From Macrostomum hystrix (taxonomy: Eukaryota > Animalia > Platyhelminthes): a stretch of DNA of 64,000 bases. Under the pieces are notes generated by a model that ran no database searches, was not told where the DNA came from, and worked only from the letters and a program-made list of their open reading frames with translations. A program made the position numbers and the translations under genes. Positions 52,751 through 64,000 of this stretch are shown in pieces. Within the stretch, counting starts at the first letter, position 1, and every line of letters begins with the position of its first letter. The stretch spans positions 21,638,001 through 21,702,000 of the forward strand of contig CATNEN010000001.1 of the NCBI GenBank assembly GCA_950097015.1, written 5' to 3'.

Positions 52751-53707
52751 GGATCGACTTGTATATACATTTTTAACGCTCTTTACAAACCATTCTTTTA
52801 TCTGTAAAAAAGTTATTAATCCTGTTTAAGGATTGCGTTACCTTGGTAACCGCTTGTAAATCACTGTCGCATGCGTGTGGTCATTCGCTGGTTTTGTATT
52901 TCCGTGTGTACATAGTTATCTAGCACTAGTTTCTCTTCTGCTTTAGTATTCTGACAAACAGGCCTGTTAAAGGCTAGCGGCGGCAATTTAACTTTTATCA
53001 AATTACCCAATAATCTTTCGTTGTCATGATCGCGCTACTATAATGAGCTGCTATTACCAATCGGATGCGAAGTTTAAAGCCTAAAATAATCTCACAAAAA
53101 CATGCGTCACACTCTACTGCCAAAAGCTTACATAAGTAGCTGGTAATGCTGCCATTTTCGTTTTTATTGTTTTTCATTGTTGACATGATTGACGGTGCTT
53201 ATTTTATTGTTAGTCAAAGGTTCTATCTTAGCCTTTCAAAATCCATTGTGACACATCCGTGAGAATTAGCGGTTAGAATTATTGAAGCTACTATCTTAAT
53301 CTGTTCATTCCCTAATAGTTTCTTCCCGTTTAAACCTGGTAGATTAAATATGGGTGTGTTTTTTCATTTCAAGTGTCTAACAATGTCCTGCTAAGTAGTT
53401 ATGTAGGTTTTTTATCCGCACTGAGTGTTGTGCCATATCAATGCCTCTTATAATCCATACTGAATTGCTAGTCCCATGCTTATCTATTTTCTATTGTTAT
53501 GTTTACCGTTTTTTCATAATTGCCTCCACAATGCTCCAGCTGCTCCATTTATTTTACCGACCCGTTGTGCAATCCACGCGTCTCTAACGACAAGCAAGCT
53601 CTAATTGTAAAATTTATTATGCAAAGTACATTTTTTAGTTATTTGTACAATTAAAAGGTATTCGTCATCTTGTTTACTTTACTGTTGATTCGAAAGCAAG
53701 GCCAATG

Positions 53708-54645
53708 TAATAACTCACCTTTTGTCAGTCACACCTAGATAATAGATCACCTTTACTCAATGACACCTAGATAATAAATCACCTTTACTCAATGACACCT
53801 AGATAATAAATCACCTTTACTCAGTGACCCTTAGATAATAACTCACCTTTACTCAGTGATACCTAGATAATAAATTACCTTTACTCAATGGCACCTAGAT
53901 AATAAATCACCTTTACTCAATGACACCTAGATAATAAATCACCTTTACTCAGTGACACCTAGATAATAACCCACTTTTACTCAGTGACACCTAGATAATA
54001 AATCACCTTTACTCAGTGACACCTAGATAATAAATCACCTTTACTCAGTGACACCTAGATAATAACCCACTTTTACTCAGTGACACCTTGATAATAACTC
54101 ACCTTTACTCAGTGACACCTAGATAATAACTCACATTTACTCAGGGACACCTAGATAATAACCCACCTTTACTCAGTGACACCTAGATAATAACTCACAC
54201 TTTACGCAGTCACACCTTAATAATAAATGGCCTGAGTGACATCTAGATAATAACTTAGCTTGCTCAATGACACCTAGATAATAACTCACCTTTACTCAGT
54301 GACACCTAGATAATAAATCACCTTTACTCAGTGACACCTAGATAATAAATCACCTTTACTCAGTGACACTTAGATAATAAATCACCTTTCCTCAGTGACA
54401 CCTAGATAATAGATTACCTTTACTCAATGACACCTAGATAATAACCCACCTTTACTCAGTGACACCTAGATAATAAATCACCTTTACTCAGTGACACCTA
54501 GATAATAAATCACCTTTACTCAGTGACACCTAGATAATAACCCACCTTTACTCAGTGATACCTAGATAATAAATTACCTTTAATCAATGACACCTAGATA
54601 ATAAATCACATTTACTCAATGACACCTAGATAATAAATCACCTGA
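53708..54645. repeat. 32-bp minisatellite (gacacctagataataaatcacctttactcagt)n
   Basis: ~29 copies; degenerate atctaggtaat remnants to ~54730. Confidence 0.95.
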
Positions 54646-54836
54646 GTGCATCTAGGTAATACAAATTTGTAAGTCACCTAAATAGCATCTAGGTAATAAA
54701 TTAAATGCCATGAGTAATATCTAGGTAATATTTTTGTATCACATGGGTGATGCATTGTTATTGTAACAATTTCAAGTCAGTTTCTCGCCTTACCCCAGCC
54801 ATCGGCAGGCAGTCTCTAGTTGAGCACTGGCCTAAC

Positions 54837-56479
54837 ATGACCTCTCGAACAAAGGCCATTGCTGCCCAGCAACAGTGCCGACTGTGCAGCCTGCGATTTG
54901 CTAGTGCCGAAGAGCTGGATAAGCACACCTACCTGTGCCATCCACAGGGTCACGTGACTGTAGACTCGTTGTTAAGCGACTTTAAAAGTACAAATATCGC
55001 TTCGGCTTCATCAAAGGCTGCCGCCGCTGCTAAAATGGCAGCCGATGTGTCGGCAACTCGACTATTGGCTGCTGCAGTCAATAACAATACCAATAATAAC
55101 AGTGATAATAGTAATAATAATATTAATAATGGTATTAGCGTTCTCAGCGCGCTCGAGAATAATCAGGTATGTATCTGCTCTACTCTTAGTTGTTACTGTA
55201 ATTAAGTTGCCTATTACCCAAAATGGATAATCTAGTTAGCTATTACCCACAGCCTTCATAATCTGGTTGATAGGTTACTACCCACTGATTAGTTCTTGAC
55301 CATTCCGTTCAGACTTGAAATAACATTTTTTCTGACAATTTCAGATTGGCATCGCTGCCTCACAAGCCGCCACTGTCGGATCTCGCCCAACTTTGAGCAC
55401 TCTGCTCACGGCTTCTTCCGGCTCCACTGCGTCGCCAGAGCCGCAGCAGCAGCAGCAGCAGCAGCCGTCAGTCCAGCGCTCCCGGCCTCGAGTGTCCTGT
55501 CCGCGCTGCCAGGCGACCTTCTCCCGCCGGTCCAACCTGAATGCCCATCAGCGCCGTCGCTGCCCAGGCGGCGCTGTCCGCGGTGTCCGCGGCGGCGGCA
55601 TCAGCGGCGTCAAAGGCGCCGGTCCGTTCGCCTGTCGCGAATGCGGCGCCCGGTTTCAAAAGAAGTCCAACTGCACTAGGCACGCCATGACGCACCAGTA
55701 CAACCGGCAGCAGCAGCAGCCGCATGTGTCTCGGAACAAGACTGGCTATAAAGCTACGGCCACAATCGACTCGTCGCGATATTGTCCATTGTGTCCAAGT
55801 TTGAGTATGGACTTAAACGAGATCAGTCTGATTAAGTAAGAATAAAATGGAATCGACAAACTCTGACATAATGCTTGTATTTGAGCCCTGAATTTATGAT
55901 TTGTGTCGGACTCGCGACTTGAAGGTCGGGGGTTCGATTTCCGACTCCACTAAAACAAATTACAGTGTCATTTAGCAAGACACAAGACAGATAATTGAGG
56001 GTGGTTGCGGCGTCCCCCCAGTCCATGGACTGAACACTTGTACAGAGCCTTCGTAAGCGCCGTAGCTATAGTTGCGGCTGTGCTACTGACTGATACTGAC
56101 TGATGACTGATATAACCAACCCTGCGGCCCACTCTTCAGACACCTGTCTGAATCGCACAGTCTGGCGGGCCGGTTGCACCTGTGCTCAATCTGTCGCCAG
56201 GTGTGCCAGTCCCGAACTCATCTGCGCCGGCACCAGGTGAATGCCGGACACGAACCTTGGCGCTCTCGTCGGCACAGGTGCCCGGATTGTCGGCGAGGGT
56301 TTGCTGAGGCTGAGCAGCTCACTGCTCATCGGCTGGTCCACGCCACCGAACCTGGCCGGAGACCTGTCAGGTGTCCCGTCTGCCTGGCTGCCGGCTGTTC
56401 CGAAGATTCGGTCACATTTCGATGGCAATTTGAGCTGGTTGAGCACTGCCTAACGGTTGGCCATTTGAGCAAGGCTTGA
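54837..56479 (+). CDS. C2H2 zinc-finger protein, 7 fingers, 3 exons
   Basis: Exons 54837-55166, 55345-55835, 56140-56479, frame-consistent GT-AG. Fingers CRLC..HTYLCH, CPRC..HQRRRC, CREC..HAMTH, CPLC..HLSESH (split by intron 2), CSIC..HQVNAGH, CPDC..HRLVH, CPVC..HCLTVGH. Confidence 0.88.
55904..56112 (+). mobile_element. SINE family B (CORE) copy in zinc-finger intron 2
   Basis: gtcggactcgcgacttgaaggtcgggggttcgatttccgactccac matches the head at 16910-16955; gtgtcatttagcaagacac; (actga)n tail. Confidence 0.8.
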
Positions 56480-57253
56480 GTTCGCTTCTAAACAAGCAGT
56501 CTGTCTCTACTTTGTCATTCCGTCGCAATGTCTTCTACTGTATGTATGTCTGCTAATGTATATATTTTTTACAGCCAAGCAGCTTTGTATTTTTCCCCCT
56601 TTTTTCAAAATTTTGTTTTAAAGGTGCACAGAAATTGTGTAAACTGAAAAAAAATTTAAACTAAGCATTTGTCATCGCATTTTAAGTAATTAATTAATAA
56701 TTGTTTTATATGTGCCCTTGTTTTTATATCATTTTTATTGCTGTCGCTACAATGAAATCCCGATGATTTTTAAACAATCAAGAAAGTTTTTGCTCAATTT
56801 GTACAAATATACGCAACACTGCATGCTGCGGTTCGCATCTTTTGTTTTTTTCAACTTCTTTTATGTTCGTTTACAATAAAGCAATAAATGTTTCTATGAG
56901 AACAGTTTTGTTCATGTTTTATTTTGTACTGCTAGTTTTTTTTTGCACAACATTTTACTTGAAAAAATTGTCAAGGTTTTGTGTGTGTTAATGTCAATCG
57001 ATACAATTGCCAGCTAGGCTAGTCTGCCCGTACAGTGAGGCTAGAATCCGCTGGCCAATTAGAATAGCCCGGCGTGGATAGAAAGTGGTGTGGGGTGGGT
57101 GACTGACCATTCAGATGTCAGGAATGTACAGTATACGCGAATGTACATTGCCGATGCGATAATTTATCAACCTACAATTTGTTTCAGTGTCGCTGTTAAA
57201 TCAACTAGCTTTCACTTCTTCGGGGACGCAATTTAAACCACAAGAATAGATTA

Positions 57254-58604
57254 ATGGCCTCCCTACAGCCTGATCTAGCCGGCGATAGCAGCGATGCCAA
57301 CATCAAAGGGCTCACCGCCGAGCTGGGCGCCGATTGTCGCGTCAAACTTAACCGCCGCTCTCTAGGCGGCTTAGCCTTTGAAGTTCAATTTGGCGGCTCC
57401 GGCGAGGCCGCTGATAATGCCGGTAGCGGTGGCGGCACCGGTGAGGGCAGTCCGGGCAAGAAGGCGCCTCCGCTGCCACCAGCCGTGCTGCAGGCTCAGC
57501 AGCAGCCGGCCTTGAGCGCCGAGGAGATCGCCGAACGGCTGGCAGCCGCCGAGCTGCGTCGCGAGCAGCAGCTAGCGGAGCGAGTTGGCCGACTGGAGTC
57601 CCAACTAAGCCACGTGGCCATAGTCACCGAGCGCAAGCAGCGAGATGAAGAGGCCAAGGCTGAGCAGAATTTAAAGACGGTTGAGGAGACCCTCAAAGCT
57701 GCGGAGGAGCGCCGACTGGGCCGCATGGAGGTAAGGCTCTCGAGTTGCACTTCGAACTTGCAGAAAAGTGAGCTTCGGAATTGTGACCGTCATGTCAGAA
57801 GTTCGAATCTCAGCCTCGGGAGTAGAGATAACAGAAGAGATAAGACACGGGAGAGATGAGACACGGGAGAGATGAGACGGGAGAGATGAGACATGGGAGA
57901 GATGAGACACGGGAGAGATGAGACACGGGAGAGATGAGACACGGGAGAGATGAGACGGGAGAGATGAGACATGGGAGAGATGAGACACGGGAGAGATGAG
58001 ACACGGGAGAGATGAGACACGGGAGAGATGAGACACGGGAGAGATGAGACACGGGAGAGATGAGACACGGGAGAGATGAGACACGGGAGAGATGAGACAC
58101 GGGAGAGATGAGACACGGTAGAGGTGAGACACGGTAGAGGTGAGACACAGGAGAGATGAGACACGGGAGAGATGAGACACGGGAGAGATGAGACACAGGA
58201 GAGGTGAGACACGGTAGAGGTGAGACACGGTAGAGATGAGACACAGGAGAGATGAGACACGGTAGAGGTGAGACACGGTAGAGGTGAGACACGGTAGGCT
58301 TACTCTCCTATCTTGAACCGCACCGCAGGAGGTGAAGCAGCGAGCCCGTGGCCTCAGCGCCGGCGCCAAGGAGCGCAGCGAGGCGGTGCGCGAGAAGCTG
58401 CAGGCGGCCCGCCAGACCCTCGAGGCCGAGCTGGACCGTGACATTCGCATTAAGGAGGCCCGCAGGCGAGAGCAGATCGAGAAGATTGTCCAGGGCGCGC
58501 AGCAGCACCTGGCCAAGGTGGAAGTCGTGCGCAATCAGCGGCTGAGCACAGGCCCAAATGAGTCCGCTGCTGGCGAGCCCAGCTCCGACTCCAAGTCCCA
58601 GTGA
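57254..58604 (+). CDS. Stathmin-family (tubulin-sequestering) protein, 2 exons
   Basis: Exons 57254-57730 and 58329-58604 (phase 0); SLGGLAFEV resembles stathmin SGQAFEL; LSAEEIAERLAAAELRR resembles LSLEEIQKKLEAAEERR. Confidence 0.82.
57840..58296 (-). repeat. 16-bp minisatellite (gagatgagacacggga)n in stathmin intron
   Basis: Reverse complement of the 51240-51815 family. Confidence 0.95.
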
Positions 58605-59225
58605 TTAGGGATTCTAGGAGTGGGATTAAATCCAAGGGCGCTGTTCAAATTGTTATTAAATACTGACTCGCGTGTTATTGCAATTTTCGGCCAATTAGGT
58701 CAGTCTGAAATCTCCCTAATCAATTCTCATTCCCTACGTATACTACTCAAAGCTTGTGTTTGCGCCAGCCAAGTAAGTAGCTACTTTCGTAATATGAAAA
58801 CAATTTTGCCATAAATATTTTTATACAATTATTTTCTGTTTAATTTAGTTCGACAAATCGATGGCATTTTTTCGTATTTTCTGTGTCGATCTTATTGACG
58901 AACTCTACCAACTACTTTTTCGCGATAAGTAGTGTAGCTCGAGCATTGCTTTAGGACTTTATAAAAACAGTCTGATAATTCGATATCTGATAACTTTCTG
59001 CTGCATTTTATTCTTTATTCAGACGAATTAAAACAACTTTTCCAAACTCCTTTTGTGAACTTATATAATTTGAAATAATTAGGCAATACAAATAAACTAA
59101 TCCAAATCCGTTCAGCTTCCAAGCTTTTAATTCGGCGCTCTTTTTGTTTAAGTTGGGTCACTAAAATCACAGCAAAAATAGTTTTTGAAGTGTTTTTTTC
59201 CTTTAACAGCTTGTTGTTGTAGTCA

Positions 59226-61655
59226 ATGCCAGTAAGTTTATGAGGCCTGTAGAATTGAATAAGCCGCCATGTCCTAGATTCTGTTGAACAATACAATGCC
59301 TGGCAGTGCTTAGATGACGAGGCATTTGATTATCATATTGGCGAACATGTTACTCCCGCCGTTTACCTGAAAAATCCAGCATATCCGCCAGCTGCTTTCG
59401 CCCGTCCTCCTTCGCCGAGGAGGCAACCTTGGCCTCCGGCACCGTTCCCAGTCTTCCATCGGCATCATCCTGGGCATCGAGACAAGCTGCGACGATACCG
59501 GCGTTGCCATGGTAACCACTGACGGCCGCATCCTAGCCGAGACAGTGTATTCTCAGACTCGCACTCACCTGGCAACCGGGGGCATTGTGCCATCAACTGC
59601 GGCCCAGTTGCACGCTGCCAATATTGATAGCGCCATAGGTGAGGTCCTGCAGAACTCCGGCGTTGCCATGGAAACAGTGGACGCCGTAGCAGTCACTACC
59701 TGTCCCGGACTGGCGCCCTGCCTCAAGGTGGGCCTGGTCCACGCCAAGAGGCTGGGCGAGCAGGCTAATAAGCCGCTCATACCGGTGCATCACATGCGGG
59801 CCCACGCACTCACAGCCGGCTTGACCGACGGTGTCCAGCCGCCGTTTCTCACCTTGTTGCTAAGCGGCGGTCACGCCCTGCTGGCTGTGGCCAGAGATGT
59901 CGACGAGTTTTACCTGATTGGCCGCGGCCTGGACCAATCACCCGGGGATACTCTGGATAAGTGCGCCAGGTAAGACGCCAAATCTGTTCGTCTATGGATT
60001 TTTCTATGCAGCTCACTCACATGTTAGTCATATTTCTCACCTGTTGGGAATATTTCTCACCTGTTATAACTTACCTGTTAGTGATATATTCTTACCTGGT
60101 CTTAATTGTCTCACCTATAATCACTCATTGCTAATGATATTTCTCACCTGTTATTACTCACCTGTTTGATATATTTCTTCCCCATTTGACACTTGAGTAA
60201 ACTTTTCGCATTTCTAATCATACCACAAACCTATCTGATATCTTACTAACCTGTTGACGTATTCTCTGTTAGACGTATCATATGTTAGACAGATGTCCCC
60301 TGTTAAGGCTGTTTAACAGTAGGACTACAAAGCCTTGTTAGCATTGCATTCGCTGGCTTAATGTTCAATCTGCAGGTACCTCCGACTGCGCGAGTTGCCC
60401 AGCCTCGGTGACGTGCACGGAGGCCGCGCACTCGAGCTCGTTGCCTCGCAGGGCGGCAATCCGTTGGCCTGGCCATTGTCCGGCAATACCAGCCGATCTG
60501 TGAAGGCCGACTGCAACTTCACATTCTCCGGCTTGCAAACCGCCTTTCGGACCGTTGCCAACCGGCTTTTGCTGGGAGACCCAGACCAACTGGCGGAGCC
60601 GCTGCACGAGAACCCGCTGGTGGGTGCCTCTTGTTGGCAGAGCGGTTTACGCACCAAGGTCCCTGAGCTCGCACATTCATTCGGGGGCGCAGCCGCGGAG
60701 AGAAGGCTTGGGAGCTTGGTCATGCAATTTACGCCATTGAGGGCCAACCTCCAAGGCACCTTGAAAGTGTACACTGCCTGACGAAGAGAAAGTCATGGCA
60801 GATTTACACGTGTGTCTGAGTATGTCCTGAATAGTTTGTCAGTTTGTCAGTGTAATGGGCACTAATGTCACTAAATAATGTGCCAGCGGCCAGTTCCCGG
60901 AGCCCTCCTGTAATAACAATTATTATTACAGGTTAGAGGGTAGAGGGGAGGGTAGAGATTTGAGGATAGGGGATGCAGGCAGAGAGGAGTGAAACCAAAG
61001 GGTGAGGAAGAGAGAATTCATGATGGTAAAAAGTATGTTAAAATAGCTACATTCTACCCAACAGGATAAAAAACACGAGAAACACAGCCAGCAATGAGCA
61101 GCAACAATGCCCTAGAGGCTAGAGTAGCTTGGTGGTGCAGCTCGTTGGCCTAGTTCTTTCATGCGGCTGTCAAATCGCTGTGGACTCTCTTACATGGGTG
61201 AGGCATTTCACCAGCCCAGCTTTCACATTGTTTGTCAGGTGCGCCAGCACTACCCGCACCTGTGCGCCAGCCTGCAGCACGCCCTGTGCCGCATGGTGGT
61301 CGCTCGGGCCGCGCGAGCCGTGAAATTCGCTCGCCGATCTGAGCTCCTACCGGAGACCTTCCCGATTGTCGTGTCCGGCGGCGTTGCCGCGAACTCCGCA
61401 CTACGTCGGTCGCTTCTCCGATTAGCCGAGTTCTACGACCTGCCTCCGCCGGTATTCCCTCCGGCCAGGCTGTGCACCGACAATGGCGTGATGATCGCCT
61501 GGACTGGCGCCCAACTGTGGCTACGCCGCAGATGCTGCGTCCAGCCCCGAGATTTTGCTAGTGTCGACCTGACGGCTCGCTGCCCTATTGGGGATGATTT
61601 GACGAACCAAGTGGCCGACTGGCACATTCCGGTCGACAAGTTTAGTATAGTTTAA
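59226..61655 (+). CDS. OSGEPL1: Mitochondrial tRNA N6-threonylcarbamoyltransferase (Kae1/TsaD/Qri7 family), 4 exons
   Basis: Exons 59226-59231 (ATGCCA then gtaagt), 59380-59969, 60376-60619, 61239-61655. Arg-rich transit-like N-terminus; ILGIETSCDDT, HHMRAH, LLLSGGH, FTFSGL, VVSGGVAAN, CTDNGVMIAW. Confidence 0.92.
60020..60180. repeat. Degenerate atatttctcacctgtt repeats in OSGEPL1 intron 2
   Basis: ~6 imperfect units. Confidence 0.6.
60633..60929 (+). mobile_element. SINE family A, degenerate copy in OSGEPL1 intron 3
   Basis: tggcagagcgg; cagccgcggagagaaggcttggg; ggccaacctccaaggcac; agccctcctg plus tta tail; B box deleted. Confidence 0.85.
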
Positions 61656-63699
61656 TCTATTTACATAAGCTTCTCTTAAATTTTGTGCTGTACATATAGT
61701 TTGTCTGCATTTCATTGCTACTGTCACCATGCCGCATTTTATCGTTTAGTAGCAGCTTTTTGATTGGTTATTGAATTCTCCCGTAGTTAAAAATATCTAC
61801 ATTGCATCGTAGGTTCATTGCCTTTGTGACTTGTGACAAAATATATGTATGTTTTAATCAGAAGACTCCACAGGCCTTAAATACAAGCCTGTAAGGAAAT
61901 ACACTTCTACGATAAAATTATTATTTCTTCGTTTTTGTAAGTCTTGAGACTGGCTTGCCGCACCTATAGCATTCAGTTTTGTTTCGCGATTTAGTATGCC
62001 ATTCCGTTTTTTTAAATGGAGTTTTATTTAGAGATAAAATAAAGATATTATGAGTACAGAGAAAAACGGTAGTAGCCTACAAAAGCGTGTGATATATATG
62101 AAAGCACACTTCTTAGATATATTTCAACGCATAGCTTCCGAAGTGCGCTGTCCATCGCACTCTTGTCTACTCTTATGAGAATGTATCAAACTTAAGTATT
62201 TTCTAAGTCCTTAACAAGCAAAAAAATCCGCTTTGTATTAGATATAAAAAGGTGGCTTTGTCAAATTTGTTATAATAATAACTTCTTTTTGTGTTAAATT
62301 TAAAGTTGCAATATTAGTCACGAAAATTTATTTTAAAAAAATCAAGTTTTTCGTCTACTACGAGATCAAGACTAAGTTATTTCACAAATTAGCTAGTCGG
62401 TTCAGTCCAGTGATCTGTGCTGTTCGAAACTACAAGAGCTTTAAAAAGTAGAATTTATCCAACCCCTTAGTTTCTTTTTTACCATTCCTAAGCCTGATAT
62501 TTTGTTGTTTTTTTGCAATAGCAAGGATAAACCATAATACATACAGGTAGAGGCCCTTATAAAGTGATAAGTGTTATCACCTATTTAAACATCTATAAAG
62601 ATGACATCAATTCCTCGCTTCAACGTATCTTCTCGGTACACAAGGACGAAGGATGGTATGTTATTATAAGTATTAAAAAATCTTGCAATTAAGCACCTAA
62701 TTGACTAAGTTTATTAAACCCTAACAGCAGGGCTAAATAATACATAATACTAGATAGCTATTACTTAGTCTAGAGAAAGTAAAGAACATTTCAAAATGTT
62801 CTTTAATTGTTCTGTTAGTCACTTACTTAGTGTCTAGTTTTAATTAATAAGCCTAACATAAGCAAATTTCACACTTAAAGTTATTTCTATATTTTTATGT
62901 TTTAAATTATAGATGGGTTTACTAACTACAGTTGCTACTTTTGTGTGCTGTGTACTTAACACAGATGCTATGCTATCAGCTATATGACAGTAAAGTGCCT
63001 TTTTACTAGTAAAGTTTCAAAATTTTGATTTTAATTTTGATTTTCTAAATTTTAGAACTGTTTTGGGCAAATTTTGCTTTCAAAGTAATTTTAGAAGTGA
63101 TAATTATGAATACTTCCAGTTTTGAAATTTCTAGGCAATCAGTTCTGAATTAGTAAACAACAATTTGCCTAGTATTCAGAATTAGATTTCAAATTTTAAA
63201 GCAATTTCATAAACAATAGTTCAAAATTCTTTGGTACAAGTTAAAGCATGCATTCAGAGCAGTTTGCCCATATATGCCCATAAATTAGCTTAGATTTCAG
63301 TTGCCAAATCATACTTGAATGCAACTTACCTTATTTCAGTATAAATTAATAGTTTATCAAGGACAAATATATTCAGGAAACAAAATTAAATGTTTCTAGA
63401 GTACAATAGAGATAAAATCTTAGTAGGCCCCCTATTGTTATATTAAGGGCAATTTTCAATTTACATTTTTATTTAGATTTCAGAAACTAGTTAGTTTGAA
63501 ATTTTTGATTGAAAAATCACTTTAAGAAGGTCACAACTTTTTACTACACAATTTAAAGCTTTTTATGTAGCCAGTATTACACATATCATATTTACATTAA
63601 TTTGACATTGCATTTCACTAATTTATATTTACCTAGTGTGTTAAAAACATTGGCAATCTTGCCATTAAGTACATAATTTCATTATTCTGAAATTGAATG

Positions 63700-63818
63700 T
63701 AACTATGCAGCCTTGGCAATATGTTCAGAGGCTGCATATTTCAGCTCATTCCTTCCACTTCAATTAGCCTGGTCATTGTCTAACAATGCCATTTAATCTG
63801 TGAAGGCCAATTGTAACC
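63700..63818 (+). pseudogene. Decayed copy of OSGEPL1 exon 3
   Basis: cagccttggcaatatgttcagaggctgc..gcctggtcattgtctaacaatgcc..atctgtgaaggccaattgtaac aligns to ~60400-60517. Confidence 0.75.
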
Positions 63819-64000
63819 AGTGGACAATTATCCACATAAATGCCATTGAATGTTTTTGTGCATGAGAAAGCCAGTTTTTGGTACTATGCATAGAACTAGT
63901 AAGAAATTGTTCCTATCCCAACTTGAAAATATTTGATGGTGCCCATTTTTCAGTAATAAAAATTATTTATGAACATGATTATCATAAACTATTAACAATT

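Noticed and set aside
53708-54645. CRISPR-like 32-bp repeat
   Set aside because: Head-to-tail units with no unique spacers; eukaryotic context and no cas genes.
59347-59370. UGA read-through or selenocysteine in OSGEPL1
   Set aside because: A canonical upstream micro-exon explains the frame more simply, and the position is in a non-conserved leader.

Overview
Eukaryotic (metazoan) genomic DNA, not prokaryotic. It has GC-rich GT-AG spliced exons, poly-Q tracts, tRNA-derived SINEs and about 25 mini/microsatellite arrays that fill roughly a quarter of the window. The style resembles a flatworm such as Macrostomum, which is inference only. Genes supported: a single-exon signal-peptide LRR protein (-), a 4-exon hemicentin-type VWA surface protein (+), mARC/MOSC (+) with an upstream pseudogene fragment, and a tight same-strand run of Aveugle/SAMD12-like SAM, Polyhomeotic, a 7-finger zinc-finger protein, a stathmin-like protein and OSGEPL1. 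Most long ORFs in the supplied track are tandem-repeat translations. Best leads: (1) a candidate SL-trans-spliced operon at 46-61.7 kb; (2) a covarying RNA structure with a palindromic core shared by a CORE-SINE tail and an orphan locus; (3) inverted same-family minisatellites in introns of two genes; (4) a stathmin with three 51-aa repeats; (5) local decayed gene-fragment copies, including one stripped of CpG inside a CpG-free block.
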